Origin: an uncultured Chloroflexia bacterium
GTDB lineage: Bacteria > Chloroflexota > Limnocylindria > Limnocylindrales > CSP1-4
NCBI GenBank assembly: GCA_963840375.1
Contig: CAWIYR010000003.1
Coordinates: 327,856-391,855, forward strand
Direction of reading: 5' to 3'
Length of the DNA stretch: 64,000 nt
Below, in pieces: positions 20,211 through 30,939 of the stretch. The position numbers were made by a program, and so were the translations under genes. How positions within the stretch are numbered: position 1 is the first letter of the stretch; each line of letters opens with the position of its first letter. Under the pieces are notes generated by a model that had not been told where the DNA came from, ran no database searches, and worked only from the letters and a program-made list of their open reading frames with translations.

Positions 20211-21038
20211 TTACACCCCGCTCACGGCGGGCGACGCCTCGACGGCCAGCCGGACCTGGACGACCTCGCCGCTGAGGATCGTCCGCTCACCGCGCTCGGT
20301 CGACGGGTCGTCCACCACCAGGCCGCCGCTGACGGCGTCGACGCCGAGCGCGCGGGCCGTCGTCGTCGTGCCGTCCGGAAGCGCCAGCCGGACCGTCCGG
20401 CCGGTCGTCAGCTGGCGGGCGGTCCAGTCGGCCACGTCGAACCGGCCGCCCCGCAGGGCGAGCGCGCGAGCCTCCAGCCGGGTCGTGAACGCGTCGAGCA
20501 GGCTCGCGTGGTCGATCGGCCGCCCGCCCGAGGCTTCGCGCAGGCTGGTCATCGAGCCGGCGAGCGCGGCCGGGAAGTCGGTCGCCGCCCAGTCCCCGTT
20601 GACCCCGATCCCGACGATCGCCCGGGGGTCGGCCGTCCCGAGACCGACCGTCTCGCCGAGCACCCCGGCGACCTTCCGGACCGATCCGTCACTGGACTCG
20701 ACCACGAGGTCGTTGGGCCACTTCAGGCGGATCGCCCGGTCGGACAGGCCGGCGACCTCCTCCGCGGCGTCGGCCATCGCCAGGGCCACGATCGCGGCCA
20801 GGCGCCAGGCGCCGTCGGATGCGAGCCAGGCCGGACGGAAGCCGAGCGAGCAGAGCAGGCCGGCGCCGGGTGGCGCGGTCCATGTCCGACCCTCCCGACC
20901 ACGACCGGCGGTCTGCTCGTCGGCGACGGCGAGGCAGACCTCAGGCGTCCCCTCGTCCAGCCAGGCCCGGACGACGTCGTTCGTCGAGCCGATCGCGGCG
21001 AAGTGCTCCTGGCGGGAGAGGATGGAGCCGTCGGTCAC
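20211..21038 (-). CDS. birA: Biotin protein ligase (no N-terminal HTH)
   Basis: STND, QTAGRGREGRTW, LKWPND, KVAGVL. Confidence 0.92.
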   Translation of the reverse strand: MTDGSILSRQEHFAAIGSTNDVVRAWLDEGTPEVCLAVADEQTAGRGREGRTWTAPPGAGLLCSLGFRPAWLASDGAWRLAAIVALAMADAAEEVAGLSDRAIRLKWPNDLVVESSDGSVRKVAGVLGETVGLGTADPRAIVGIGVNGDWAATDFPAALAGSMTSLREASGGRPIDHASLLDAFTTRLEARALALRGGRFDVADWTARQLTTGRTVRLALPDGTTTTARALGVDAVSGGLVVDDPSTERGERTILSGEVVQVRLAVEASPAVSGV

Positions 21039-21045
21039 GGCCGGC

Positions 21046-21603
21046 TCAGCTCGCCCCGACCACGGTCGGCGCCGGACCGCCGGTGCCGGTCGCGGACGAG
21101 ATCGACGCCCCGGCGAGGACCTCGGGTCGCTCCAGCTCGAAGGCGGCGTGGAGCTCCCGGACGGCCGTCTCGACCTGGTCCTCGGCGATGATGCAGGTGA
21201 TCCGGACCTCCGAGGTGGAGATCATCTCGATGTTCACCCCGGCCCCGGCCAGGGTGCCGAACATCCGGGCCGCGTAGCCCGGCGCGTTGTGGATGCCGGC
21301 CCCGATGATCGAGACCTTGGCGACCGACGCGTCGGTGGTCATCTCCCGGAAGCCGAGCGCCCGGACGATCGGCTCGAGGAGCCGCTTGGCCTTCGCCAGC
21401 TCGGCCCGGTCGACCGTGAAGCTCATGTCGGTGGCCCCGCCGTGGCCGACGTTCTGGACGATCATGTCGACGTTGATCCCGGCCTCGGCCAGCGGCTGGA
21501 AGATGTCGTGGGCGACGCCCGGCCGGTCGGGGACCTCGACCAGGGTGATCTTGGCCACGTTCCGGTCGTGGGCCAGGCCGCGGACCTTGTTGCGCTGCTC
21601 CAC
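21046..21603 (-). CDS. Aspartate kinase beta subunit (in-frame internal start, ACT domains)
   Basis: AAGGAGG at 21618-21612, 8 nt before GTG of VEQRNKVRG, as in alpha2beta2 aspartokinases. Confidence 0.65.
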   Translation of the reverse strand: MEQRNKVRGLAHDRNVAKITLVEVPDRPGVAHDIFQPLAEAGINVDMIVQNVGHGGATDMSFTVDRAELAKAKRLLEPIVRALGFREMTTDASVAKVSIIGAGIHNAPGYAARMFGTLAGAGVNIEMISTSEVRITCIIAEDQVETAVRELHAAFELERPEVLAGASISSATGTGGPAPTVVGAS

Positions 21604-22357
21604 GAGCGGGTCCTCCTTGATGAGCGTGCCCGGCGCGTCCTCGAACGAGCTCAGGACCTCGATGACGACGTCGTTGACCCAGCCCAGCTCCACCGCCCGG
21701 ACCTGCATGACCTGGGCGCCCTGATGGGCCAGCTCGAGCATCTCCTCGTAACCGATGACCTCGAGCTGGCGGGCATCGGGGACGATCCGGGGGTCGGCTG
21801 TGTAGATCCCCCGGACGTCGGTGAAGATCTGGCAGCGGTCGGCCCCGAGCCGGGCCGCCAGGGCGACCGCGGTGGTGTCGGAGCCGCCCCGGCCGAGGGT
21901 CGTCGTCTCCGCCTTCTCGGCGTCGGTCGACGCTCTGGCCCTGGAAGCCGGCCACGATGACGACCTTGCCGGCCGCCAGCTCCTCGCGGACCCGGGCCGG
22001 GTCGAGGGCGGCGATCCGGGCCTTGCCGTAGCGACCGTCGGTCTGGATCCCGGCCTGGGCGCCGGTCAGGCTGATCGCGGCGACCCCCAGCCCGTGGAGG
22101 GCCATCGACAGGAGGGTCGCGCTCTGGTGCTCGCCCGTCGCGAGGAGGACATCCAGCTCGCGCGAGTCCGGCTCGTCGGTGATCGCGGCGGCCAGGGCGA
22201 GGAGCTCGTCGGTGGTGTCGCCCATCGCGCTGACGACGACGACGAGGTCGGATCCGGCCGTCCGCTCGCGGGCGATCCGTCGGGCGACGCGCTTGATCCG
22301 GTCCGCCCCGGCGACCGACGAGCCGCCGAACTTCTGGACGACGAGGGGGGCTGGCAT
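21046..22357 (-). CDS. lysC: Aspartate kinase (alpha chain) interrupted by a +1 frameshift near 21925
   Basis: [20 protein letters not shown] in one frame; [14 protein letters not shown] domains in another; span 1312 nt = 3n+1. Confidence 0.9.
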
Positions 22358-22463
22358 CGGCGGGATTGTAGCAGCGGGGTCCCCGAACGCCGGTCGAGGG
22401 CAGGGGCGACCGGGCCCGAGGCTGCCGTATGCTCACGCCCCAACGCTCGCGAGGTGCCCCACG

Positions 22464-23226
22464 ATGTGCTTCGATCTCGACAGCCGACCACCGATCGAAC
22501 CGATCGTGGGCGGGTCGCTCGATCACGAGGAGCTCACCCTCACGGCAGCCGACGGCAACCGGTTCGCCGCGTTCCGGGCCCGGGCCGCCGAACCGACCGG
22601 CGCCGGGATCGTGGTCCTGCCCGACGTCCGAGGCCTCTACCGGTTCTACGAGGAGCTCGCGCTGCGCTTCGCCGAGTCGGGCGTCGACGCGATCGCGATC
22701 GACTACTTCGGTCGGACGGCCGGCGCGAGCAAGCGGGGTGGCGACTTCGAGTACATGCCCCACGTCGGAGAGACGCGGATCGAGGGCCTCCGGGCCGACG
22801 TGACCGCCGCCGCCGAGGCGCTCCGGGCCGACGGGCGGGTCCGGGCCGTCTTCGCGACGGGGTTCTGCTTCGGTGGACGACTGGCGTTCCTCGCCCCCAC
22901 CTTCGGTCTCGATCTCGCCGGGGCGATCGGCTTCTACGGCTGGCCGGTCGGGTCGCGGCCCACCTCGCCGGCACCGGCGGACCTGGCCGACCGGATGACG
23001 GCCCCGATCCTGGGCATCTTCGGTGGCGCCGACGACGGGATCGGGCCCGACGTCGTCGCGGCGTTCGAGGCGGCCCTGACCGCCGCGGGCGTGACCCACG
23101 AGCTGGTCACCTACCCGGGCGCCCCGCACTCGTTCTTCGACCGGAAGGCCGCCGACTTCGCCGAGGCGTCCGCGGATGCCTGGCATCGGACGCTCGACGT
23201 TCATCCGGGCGACCACCCCCGCCTGA
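22464..23226 (+). CDS. Dienelactone hydrolase family; +1 frameshift near 23195 creates an apparent fusion to the GNAT gene
   Basis: GFCFGG nucleophile motif, YPGAPHSF; the natural end ..FIRATTPA* is in the shifted frame and overlaps the next ATG (TGATG). Confidence 0.85.
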
Positions 23227-24212
23227 TGGACCCGGCCTACGGGTCGCGGGCCTGGCAGACGCCGGCCGACAGCCGGCTCATGCAGGCGCTCGTCTCGCGC
23301 TGCTGGGTCGCCGACTGGCCGGCGATGCACCTCCACGCCGGCGACGTCGACTGGTGGAGCGTCCACGCCCTCGGCCGGACGCCGGGTCTCGAGGAGCGGA
23401 TCCGCCTGTGGTACGCCGGCGAGCCGGATGACACCGAGCTCGTCGGGTTCGGCTGGTACGGGCCGCCTGGCGACGCGGACCTCGTCGTGGAGCCCGACCA
23501 TCGCTCCCTGGCGCTCCTCGGCCCGATGGTCGAGTGGGTGGACGAGCGCGCCGCCCGCTACGGCGCGACGGCCCCGAGCCGGCTCGGCGGTCTCGACGGG
23601 GATGCCACCGCTGGGCCGGCCGGCGCCGGTCCGGTCCGGGTCTGGGCGGTGGCGAGCGCCACACCGATCGTCGATGCCCTGACCGCGCTCGGCTGCGTCC
23701 GGGGTCCCGATCCGGGGTTCGTCCACTTCACGGCGACGATGGCCTCGCTCGACCTGGACGGCCCACCGGTCGCGACGGGCTACACACTCTCGACGATCCG
23801 GACCGACGCCGACGTCGCCGGGCGGGTGGCCGCCGGGCACGCCGCCTTCCCCGGGTCGACGATGACCGTCGAGAAGTACCGCTTCTGCCGGACGACCCCG
23901 CTCTACCGGCCGGCCCTCGACATCGTCGCACGGGCGCCCGACGGGGCGATCGTCGCGTTCGCCCTCGGCTGGCTCGACCCGCTCACGCTCGGCGTGGAGC
24001 TGGAGCCGGTGGGTGTCCATCCGGAGCACCAGCGCCGCGGACTCGGCGCCGCGGTGTCGCGGGCGGCGCTGCGATCCGCGCGCGGGATGGGCGCGACGAC
24101 GGTGCTGATCGCCGCCGAGGCCGCCAACCCGTCGGCGAACGCGCTCTACGGGTCCCTCGGCCTGCGGGTCCAGGCTCGGGTCGTCCCCTACCTGCGCCCC
24201 GGGCGGGGGTGA
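23226..24212 (+). CDS. GNAT-family acetyltransferase
   Basis: EPVGVHPEHQRRGLG, ANALYGSLG acetyl-CoA motifs. Confidence 0.82.
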   Translation: MDPAYGSRAWQTPADSRLMQALVSRCWVADWPAMHLHAGDVDWWSVHALGRTPGLEERIRLWYAGEPDDTELVGFGWYGPPGDADLVVEPDHRSLALLGPMVEWVDERAARYGATAPSRLGGLDGDATAGPAGAGPVRVWAVASATPIVDALTALGCVRGPDPGFVHFTATMASLDLDGPPVATGYTLSTIRTDADVAGRVAAGHAAFPGSTMTVEKYRFCRTTPLYRPALDIVARAPDGAIVAFALGWLDPLTLGVELEPVGVHPEHQRRGLGAAVSRAALRSARGMGATTVLIAAEAANPSANALYGSLGLRVQARVVPYLRPGRG

Positions 24213-24216
24213 GACC

Positions 24217-24405
24217 TCAGCGCCGGAAGGTGGCGAGTCCGACGAGTCCGGCGATCACGCACAGGACCACGAAGACCGGGATCCCGCCGGGGACCACGTG
24301 CCCGATCGTCGAAAGCATGCTCGACAGCGTGCTGCCGATCGCCGCGATGGCGTCGCCGAAGAGGTTCGAGATCGAGCCACCGAGCGTCTGGACGTATTCA
24401 CCCAT
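24217..24405 (-). CDS. Small (62 aa) membrane protein
   Basis: Fits the gap after thrB; amphipathic N-terminus, TM segment and basic tail. Confidence 0.6.
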   Translation of the reverse strand: MGEYVQTLGGSISNLFGDAIAAIGSTLSSMLSTIGHVVPGGIPVFVVLCVIAGLVGLATFRR

Positions 24406-24455
24406 GCCGGAAGTCTCCGCCCCCCGTCAAGCCGAACGCCGGGGAGGGATCGGCG

Positions 24456-25421
24456 TCACGGCCGGCTGACGACCCTGGCCCCGCCGTTCCGGGGCTTGAC
24501 CACGGCCACCCGGCCGGTCAGATCCGTGTCGGCGGCGGCGGCCGAGAACGCGGCCTCGATCAGGGCGATCCCGTCGAGCCGGTCGGTGAAGGCGATGACC
24601 GAGGAGCCCGCCCCGGACAGGCAGGCACCGAGCGCCCCGGCGCCCCGGGCCGCCTCGATGAGCTGCGGCAGCTGGGGATAGGGGATCGCCCGGTACGGCT
24701 CGTGGAGGCGGTCCACCGTCAGCAGGCCGAGGATGCCCGGCCGACGACCGGCGAAGCCGGCGACCCCCAGCGCCACCCGCCCGAGGTTGGCCACCGCATC
24801 GGCGAGCGGCACGGTCTCCGGCAGGGCGGCCCGCATGGCCTCGGTGGACAGCCGCAGGTCGGGGATGAACACGACGCATCGGAGGTCGCGCGGGACGTCG
24901 AACCGGGCGGACTCCACCGAGCCGTCGACGGCGGCGCTCACGACGAACCCGCCGAGCAGCGCGGCGGCGGCGTTGTCCGGGTGGCCCTCGATCTCGGTCG
25001 CCAGCTCGAGCATGCGGCGGGGCGGCAGGCCCTCGCCCGCGAGCACGTCGCCGGCCACGATCCCGGCCACGGTCGCGGCGGCCGACGAGCCGAGACCGCG
25101 GGCGAGCGGGATCCGGTTGCGCATCGCGATCCGCCAGCCGACGCCGTCGGGGAGCGGCCCGCGCAGGGCGACGAGGGCCGCCTCGAGACCTTGGACGAAC
25201 CGGTTCTCGCGGTCATCGTTCAGCTCGCCGGTCCCTTCGCCGTCGACCTCGAGCTCGATCCGCCCGCCGCTCCAGCTCCGGACCTCCACCTCCACCCGGT
25301 TCGTGAGGTCGAGGGCCATGCCCAGGCAGTCGTAGCCGGCCCCGAGGTTCGCCGTAGTGGCGGGGACCTCGACCGCCATCCGACGGCCGTCGAGTCCGGC
25401 CAACCAGTTACGGGCGGGCAT
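24456..25421 (-). CDS. thrB: Homoserine kinase
   Basis: VPATTANLGAGYD, IPLARGLGSSA, EGHPDN, LSGAGS. Confidence 0.94.
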   Translation of the reverse strand: MPARNWLAGLDGRRMAVEVPATTANLGAGYDCLGMALDLTNRVEVEVRSWSGGRIELEVDGEGTGELNDDRENRFVQGLEAALVALRGPLPDGVGWRIAMRNRIPLARGLGSSAAATVAGIVAGDVLAGEGLPPRRMLELATEIEGHPDNAAAALLGGFVVSAAVDGSVESARFDVPRDLRCVVFIPDLRLSTEAMRAALPETVPLADAVANLGRVALGVAGFAGRRPGILGLLTVDRLHEPYRAIPYPQLPQLIEAARGAGALGACLSGAGSSVIAFTDRLDGIALIEAAFSAAAADTDLTGRVAVVKPRNGGARVVSRP

Positions 25422-25425
25422 CGGC

Positions 25426-26511
25426 CTACCAGCCGAGGGCGGCCACGACCGCCCCGGTCGTCGCCGCCGCATCGATGAACCCGCCGACCTGGGCCTCGGC
25501 AGTCGCCGGGTCCTTGAGGCCGTTGCCGGTCAGGACGCAGACGATCGTGGCCTCGGTCGAGACCCCGAGACGGCCCTCGGCAGCCAGCCGCCGGAGACCG
25601 GCCAGCCCGGCCGCCGACGAGGGCTCGCAGAACACGCCCTCGTCCCGGGCGACGTCGCGATACGCCTCCAGGATCTCCTCGTCGCTGACGGCCTCGATCC
25701 GGCCGCCGGACTCATCGCGGGCGGCGATCGCCTTCGACCAGCTGGCGGGGTCGCCGATCCGGATGGCCGTGGCGATCGTCTCGGGCTCGGCGACCGGATG
25801 GCCGAGCACGATCGGCGCCGCGCCCGCCGCCTGGAAGCCGTACATCCGGGGCAGCCGGTCGATCGTGCCGGCCCGGTGGTAGTCGCGGAAGCCGGCCCAG
25901 TAGGCGCTGATGTTGCCGGCATTCCCCACGGGGATGGCCAGGACGTCGGGGGCCCGACCGAGGTCGTCGCAGACCTCGAAGGCGGCGGTCTTCTGGCCCT
26001 CGAGCCGGTGCGGGTTGACCGAGTTGACCAGGGTGACCGGATGGTCCGTCCGGTCGGCCAGCTCGCGGACGATCCGGAGGGCAGCGTCGAAGTTGCCGTC
26101 GATCGCCACCACCTTCGCGCCGGCCACGAGCGCCTGGAGGAGCTTGCCGGTCGCGATCCGGCCCCGGGGCAGGACGACGACGACCTCGAGCCCGGCGGCG
26201 GCGCCGTAGGCCGCCGCCGAGGCGCTCGTGTTCCCGGTCGAGGCGCACACGATCGAGCGGGCGCCCGCCTCGAGGGCCTTGCTCACGGCCACGACCATCC
26301 CCCGATCCTTGAAGCTGCCGGTCGGGTTCGCCCCCTCGACCTTGAGGTAGAGGTTCGCCAGTCCGTAGCGACGTCCGAGGTTCCGGGCGTGGACGAGCGG
26401 CGTGAAGCCCTCCCCCAGGCTGAGCGCGGGCGTCGCGTCGGTCAGGGGCAGGAAGCGCCGGTAGCGCTCGACGAGGACCGGCCGGGCCCCCGCTGCGGTC
26501 GACGCGCTCAC
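25426..26511 (-). CDS. thrC: Threonine synthase
   Basis: [33 protein letters not shown]. Confidence 0.95.
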   Translation of the reverse strand: MSASTAAGARPVLVERYRRFLPLTDATPALSLGEGFTPLVHARNLGRRYGLANLYLKVEGANPTGSFKDRGMVVAVSKALEAGARSIVCASTGNTSASAAAYGAAAGLEVVVVLPRGRIATGKLLQALVAGAKVVAIDGNFDAALRIVRELADRTDHPVTLVNSVNPHRLEGQKTAAFEVCDDLGRAPDVLAIPVGNAGNISAYWAGFRDYHRAGTIDRLPRMYGFQAAGAAPIVLGHPVAEPETIATAIRIGDPASWSKAIAARDESGGRIEAVSDEEILEAYRDVARDEGVFCEPSSAAGLAGLRRLAAEGRLGVSTEATIVCVLTGNGLKDPATAEAQVGGFIDAAATTGAVVAALGW

Positions 26512-27755
26512 CGGTCGTCGACCGCATAGAGCGTGGCGTCGATGCCGGCCGCCGTGAGCCCCGCCCGGAGCTCGTCGAGGGGTCGGGCCGCGGTGATGAA
26601 TCCGCCGCCCTTGGCCGCCTCGATCTCGACCTGGTCCCGGACGAGCTGCTCGGGGAGGGTCGACGCGAAGAAGCGACGGCCCGGCGCCCCGCCGAGCGGC
26701 CTCGCCGCGACCGTCGGTCCGGTCGCCGGCGGGAGGCCGGCCCAGGTGCTGCCCTCGTGGCGCGCGATCGCGATGAGATCGCCCAGGATGGCGCTGCTCG
26801 TGGCGCCACCCCCGGCGCCCGGTCCCGAGAAGGCCACCCGGCCGATCGGTTCGCCCTCGACCTCGATCCGGTTCAGGACGCCACCCGTCCGACCGAGCGC
26901 CCCGTCGGCGGGCACGGCGGTGGGGACCACGCCTGCGACGACCGCGCCGTCGGAGGCCCGCTCGGCCGTCGCGAGGAGCTTGATCGTGAGGCCGTGGACC
27001 GCAGCCGCGGCGATCTCGTCCGCGGTGACCCCGGTGATCCCCGGTCGGCCCATCCCGGCCACGGTCGGCGGGCGGCGCTCAATCGAGGCGGGATCGAGCC
27101 AGGCGCCGAAGGCGAGCCGGGCCAGGATGACGAGCTTGTTCACCGCGTCGTCGCCCTCGACGTCGCCCTGCGGGTCGGCCTCCGCGTAGCCGGCCGCCTG
27201 GGCCGAGACCAGCACGTCGGCGTAGGCTCGCCGCTCGCCGGCCATCGCCGTGAGGATGAAGTTCGTCGTCCCGTTGACGATGCCCCGGACCACGTCGATG
27301 CGATCCGCAGCGAGGTCCTCGGCGATCGGGCGCAGGACCGGGATCCCACCGCCGACCGCGGCCTCGAACCGGAACGGGACGCCGCTCCGCCGGGCGATCG
27401 TCTCGAGCTCCGGTCCGTGGTGGGCGACGATGTGCTTGTTCGCGGTCACCACCGGCTTGCCGGCCGCCAGCGCCGCGGCCACCAGGGTCCGGGCGGGCTC
27501 GTCACCGCCCATCAGCTCGACGACGACGTCGACGTCGGGCGAGGCGACGAGGTGCGCCGGCGCGTCGCTGAGGTGATCCGGGTCGACCAGCGGCTCGCGG
27601 GAGCGGCCCAGGTCGCGGACGGCCACCCCGACGAGGATGAGCGGCGCGCCGTCGGTCGGGGCGAGTCGCTCCGGGGTCTCGGCGAAGGCCCGGATCACCG
27701 CTCGACCGACGGTCCCGGCGCCGAGCACGGCCACCCGCAACGGGGCTCGGCTCAT
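26508..27755 (-). CDS. hom: Homoserine dehydrogenase
   Basis: [42 protein letters not shown]. Confidence 0.94.
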   Translation of the reverse strand: MSRAPLRVAVLGAGTVGRAVIRAFAETPERLAPTDGAPLILVGVAVRDLGRSREPLVDPDHLSDAPAHLVASPDVDVVVELMGGDEPARTLVAAALAAGKPVVTANKHIVAHHGPELETIARRSGVPFRFEAAVGGGIPVLRPIAEDLAADRIDVVRGIVNGTTNFILTAMAGERRAYADVLVSAQAAGYAEADPQGDVEGDDAVNKLVILARLAFGAWLDPASIERRPPTVAGMGRPGITGVTADEIAAAAVHGLTIKLLATAERASDGAVVAGVVPTAVPADGALGRTGGVLNRIEVEGEPIGRVAFSGPGAGGGATSSAILGDLIAIARHEGSTWAGLPPATGPTVAARPLGGAPGRRFFASTLPEQLVRDQVEIEAAKGGGFITAARPLDELRAGLTAAGIDATLYAVDDR

Positions 27756-27883
27756 CGCGGGGTGGGGTCGTCGAGGGGCATGTCCGGATGGTAGCGGACC
27801 GGGCACCCGCCGGAGGCGATGGGCCAGTGTACGGTGCCGAGCCGAGCGGAGACGGGCAGGTGGGTCCGCTACACTCGGTGACC

Positions 27884-28903
27884 ATGACCGTCGACCTCGC
27901 TCCGGCACCAGATCCGATCGCCGCGCCGGCCGCTCGACCGCGGATCTTCAGCGGCATCCAGCCCTCGGGGATCGTCCACCTGGGCAACGACCTGGGTGCG
28001 ATCCGCAACTACGTGCGGCTCCAGCACGAGTACGAGGCGATCTACTGCATCGTCGACTACCACGCCCTCACGAGCACCCACGACCCGGACCTCCTCCGGG
28101 CACGGACCCGCGAGATGGCGGCCTCGCTCCTCGCCCTGGGCCTCGATCCCGAACGCTGCACCCTCTTCGTCCAGAGCCATCGCCCGGAGCACGCCGAGCT
28201 CGCCTGGCTGCTCTGCACGGTGACCCCGGTGAGCTGGCTCGAGCGGACCCCGACGTACAAGGAGAAGAAGCTCAACCAGCCCGACGACATCAACCACGGG
28301 CTGTTGACCTACCCGGTCCTCCAGGCGGCCGACATCGTCATCTACAAGGCCTCGCTCGTCCCGGTCGGGCGGGACCAGGCCGCCCACCTGGAGCTCTCGC
28401 GGGAGATCGTCCGGGCCTTCAACGCCCGCTACGGCGAGACGTTCCCCGAGCCCCAGGCGGTCTTCACCGAGGCGCCGGTCGTCCTCGGGACCGACGGCGT
28501 GAAGAAGATGAGCAAGTCGATCGGCAATACGATCGACATCTTCGCCCCACCGGAGGTCATCCGGAAGCAGGTCATGTCGATGGTCACCGACACGAAGCGG
28601 ATCCTGCGGACCGACCCCGGGCGACCCGAGGTCTGCAACGTCTGCCAGCTCCATCGCTCGTTCGGTGACGACTACGAGGAGATCTGGGAAGGCGAGCGGA
28701 CCGCCCGGACCGGCTGCGTCGACACGAAGAAGCTGCTCGCCGAGCGGATCGTCGCCCGTTACGCGGCGGCCCGCGAGCGGTACCGTGAGCTGATGGCGAG
28801 ACCGGACCGGGTCGACGAGATCCTGGCCGACGGCGCCGAGCGCCTCCGACCCCGGGCCGAGGCGACGATGGCCGAGGTGAGATCCCGGATGGGCCTCCGG
28901 TGA
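27884..28903 (+). CDS. trpS: Tryptophanyl-tRNA synthetase
   Basis: FSGIQPSG..HLGN, YPVLQAADI, VPVGRDQ, KMSKS. Confidence 0.95.
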   Translation: MTVDLAPAPDPIAAPAARPRIFSGIQPSGIVHLGNDLGAIRNYVRLQHEYEAIYCIVDYHALTSTHDPDLLRARTREMAASLLALGLDPERCTLFVQSHRPEHAELAWLLCTVTPVSWLERTPTYKEKKLNQPDDINHGLLTYPVLQAADIVIYKASLVPVGRDQAAHLELSREIVRAFNARYGETFPEPQAVFTEAPVVLGTDGVKKMSKSIGNTIDIFAPPEVIRKQVMSMVTDTKRILRTDPGRPEVCNVCQLHRSFGDDYEEIWEGERTARTGCVDTKKLLAERIVARYAAARERYRELMARPDRVDEILADGAERLRPRAEATMAEVRSRMGLR

Positions 28904-30135
28904 GCGAGCGGCCGGGCAGCGATCGCGACGACGGCGAGGTCGGCGGTCGCCCGGCCGCGATGCCGATCCTCTCCCGGCGCCAGGTCCAGCTCGTCGACCT
29001 CATCCTGATCCTGGGGACGATCGCCCTGGCGATCGTCGTGACCGGGATGCTGGGCAAGATCTTCTTCGACTTCGGCGACGTCATCCTGACGTTCTTCCTG
29101 GCCTGGCTCATCGCCTTCATCCTGAGCCCGCTCGTGCGCTGGATGATCCGGATCATCCCGGGGCTGCCCCGGGCGGTCGCGGCCGGCGTCGTATACGTGG
29201 TCCTGCTGGCGGTGGCGGTCGGGGCGATCGTCTTCATCGCCGGCACGCTGGCCCAGTCAGTCGCCGACTTCATCGCCTACGTCCCGCGGCTCATCGACAA
29301 CCTGCCGAGCATCCTCCAGCCCCTCGAGGATTGGCTCAAGACCCTCGGCTTCACCCAGGTCGACGTGGTCAACGCCGCCCAACAGGCCCTCGGGTTCCTG
29401 CGCGACTACGCGTCGGCGATCGTGGGCCCGCTCCAGTCGATCGCGGTGGCCAGCCTGAGTGCGATGGGGACCGTCCTCATCGTCGTCATCCTGTCCGTCT
29501 ACATCGTCATCGACCAGGACGGCATCCGGTCGTTCGTGAACCGCCTGGTCCCGCCCAGCCGACGCGAGGAGTTCAACCTCCTGGAGACGTCCGTCTCGAA
29601 GTCGTTCGGGGGGTTCCTCCGGGGACAGGCGGTGATCGGCCTCGCCTACGGGGTCGTGGCCTTCGCGACGAGCGCGATCCTGGGACTACCACTCATCGGG
29701 GTGACCACGGCCGCCGCGGGGATCCTCATGGCGATCCCCTTCTTCGGCCCGTTCGTGTCCTGGACGCCGCCGGTCATCGTCGCGGTCTTCACGAACCCCG
29801 GGCTCATCCTCCCCGCCCTCGCGATCATGTTCGTGGGCTGGTTCGTGGTCATGAACATCCTCCAGCCCAGGCTCATGGCCGGCGCCGTCGGACTCCATCC
29901 GATCGTCGTCCTCGCAGCCGTGATCGTCGGCTCGAAGGTCGCCGGCGTGGCCGGGGCGATCTTCGGCATCCCGATCGCCGCGGTCCTCTCCTCGATCTTC
30001 CTCCACTACCTCGAGATCTTCGGCAGCGACCGCGACGTGGCCAGTCGCGCGGCGAAACGGCTGGAGGATCGCGTGGGCCGGCCCGTCCGGGTCCCTCGCG
30101 AGCCGCAGCCGGGCGTCGACGCCGACGTGGAGTAG
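28900..30135 (+). CDS. AI-2E family transporter
   Basis: Multi-TM; IPFFGP, NILQPRLM..VGLHP, GIPIAA. Confidence 0.88.
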   Translation: MSERPGSDRDDGEVGGRPAAMPILSRRQVQLVDLILILGTIALAIVVTGMLGKIFFDFGDVILTFFLAWLIAFILSPLVRWMIRIIPGLPRAVAAGVVYVVLLAVAVGAIVFIAGTLAQSVADFIAYVPRLIDNLPSILQPLEDWLKTLGFTQVDVVNAAQQALGFLRDYASAIVGPLQSIAVASLSAMGTVLIVVILSVYIVIDQDGIRSFVNRLVPPSRREEFNLLETSVSKSFGGFLRGQAVIGLAYGVVAFATSAILGLPLIGVTTAAAGILMAIPFFGPFVSWTPPVIVAVFTNPGLILPALAIMFVGWFVVMNILQPRLMAGAVGLHPIVVLAAVIVGSKVAGVAGAIFGIPIAAVLSSIFLHYLEIFGSDRDVASRAAKRLEDRVGRPVRVPREPQPGVDADVE

Positions 30136-30163
30136 GCCCAGACCGACGAGACGGAGGTACCCG

Positions 30164-30400
30164 ATGGTCGAGCCCCTCGCCCTCGAGGACGACACCCCGG
30201 CCGAGCCCGGCGCCATCGAGCGCGTCCGACGGCGCTGGTCGTCGATCCCGCTGCCGCTCCGCCTCGTGCTCGTCGTCGGCGCGGTCGTCGGGCTGGGCGT
30301 GGTCGGGCAGCTGGTGGCCAGCGCCGTCCTCGACGCCTACACGCGCCGGCTGGAATCGACCGACCCCCTGGACGCCGCCTTCCCGGGCGTCGGTCGCTGA
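30164..30400 (+). CDS. Small single-TM hypothetical protein
   Basis: GGAGG SD, 78-aa ORF with one TM. Confidence 0.6.
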   Translation: MVEPLALEDDTPAEPGAIERVRRRWSSIPLPLRLVLVVGAVVGLGVVGQLVASAVLDAYTRRLESTDPLDAAFPGVGR

Positions 30401-30413
30401 GTCGCGCGAACCG

Positions 30414-30866
30414 TCAGCCGCCGAGGCCCTTGAGCAGCCCGCCGAGGGCGTCCGTCGGGTCCTCGCCAGCCTTGGGCAGCTGGCCGTTCGGCGTGAGCGC
30501 GTTGATGATCTGGGGCAGAAAGGTCGCCAGCAGCGGCAGGAGCTGGGCCGCGTCCAGCCCGGTCGAACCGGACAGCTGCTGGACCTTGTCCGGGCCGAGT
30601 GCGGTCGAGATCTGATCGGGTGTCACGGGCTGGTTCGGACCCGTGCCGATCCAGGACTTGACCTGGTCGTCGAGCCCAGCCTGCTGGAAGCCCTTGACGA
30701 GGTCGTCGAGACCGGCCGTCCCGCCGGCGCCGCCGCCGAGCAGACCGCCGATCGCGTCGCCGAGCCCGGGCGGCAGGCCACCCGCGCCGCTCGCGTCCGC
30801 ACCACCGCCACCGGCCAGCCCGCCGAGGAGGTCGCCGAGGCCGGCCAGGGGGTCGTTCGTCGTCAT
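30414..30866 (-). CDS. YidB/DUF937 family protein
   Basis: FQQAGL..QVKSWIGTGPN..LP.IINALTPNG. Confidence 0.85.
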   Translation of the reverse strand: MTTNDPLAGLGDLLGGLAGGGGADASGAGGLPPGLGDAIGGLLGGGAGGTAGLDDLVKGFQQAGLDDQVKSWIGTGPNQPVTPDQISTALGPDKVQQLSGSTGLDAAQLLPLLATFLPQIINALTPNGQLPKAGEDPTDALGGLLKGLGG

Positions 30867-30939
30867 CGTGTGTCCTCCGCCGAAGCGGCGTGGAATGCGT
30901 CAGAGCCTGGGGTAACGGGCGCCGCGGCCCGAATCTAGC

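Noticed and set aside
22179-24212. Novel dienelactone hydrolase-GNAT fusion protein
   Set aside because: Better explained by a single extra base: the natural DLH ending and a TGATG stop/start overlap sit in the shifted frame
27756-27883. T-box or Thr/Ile-codon attenuator for trpS/hom
   Set aside because: The intergenic region is only 128 nt, with no T-box consensus and no Thr-rich leader
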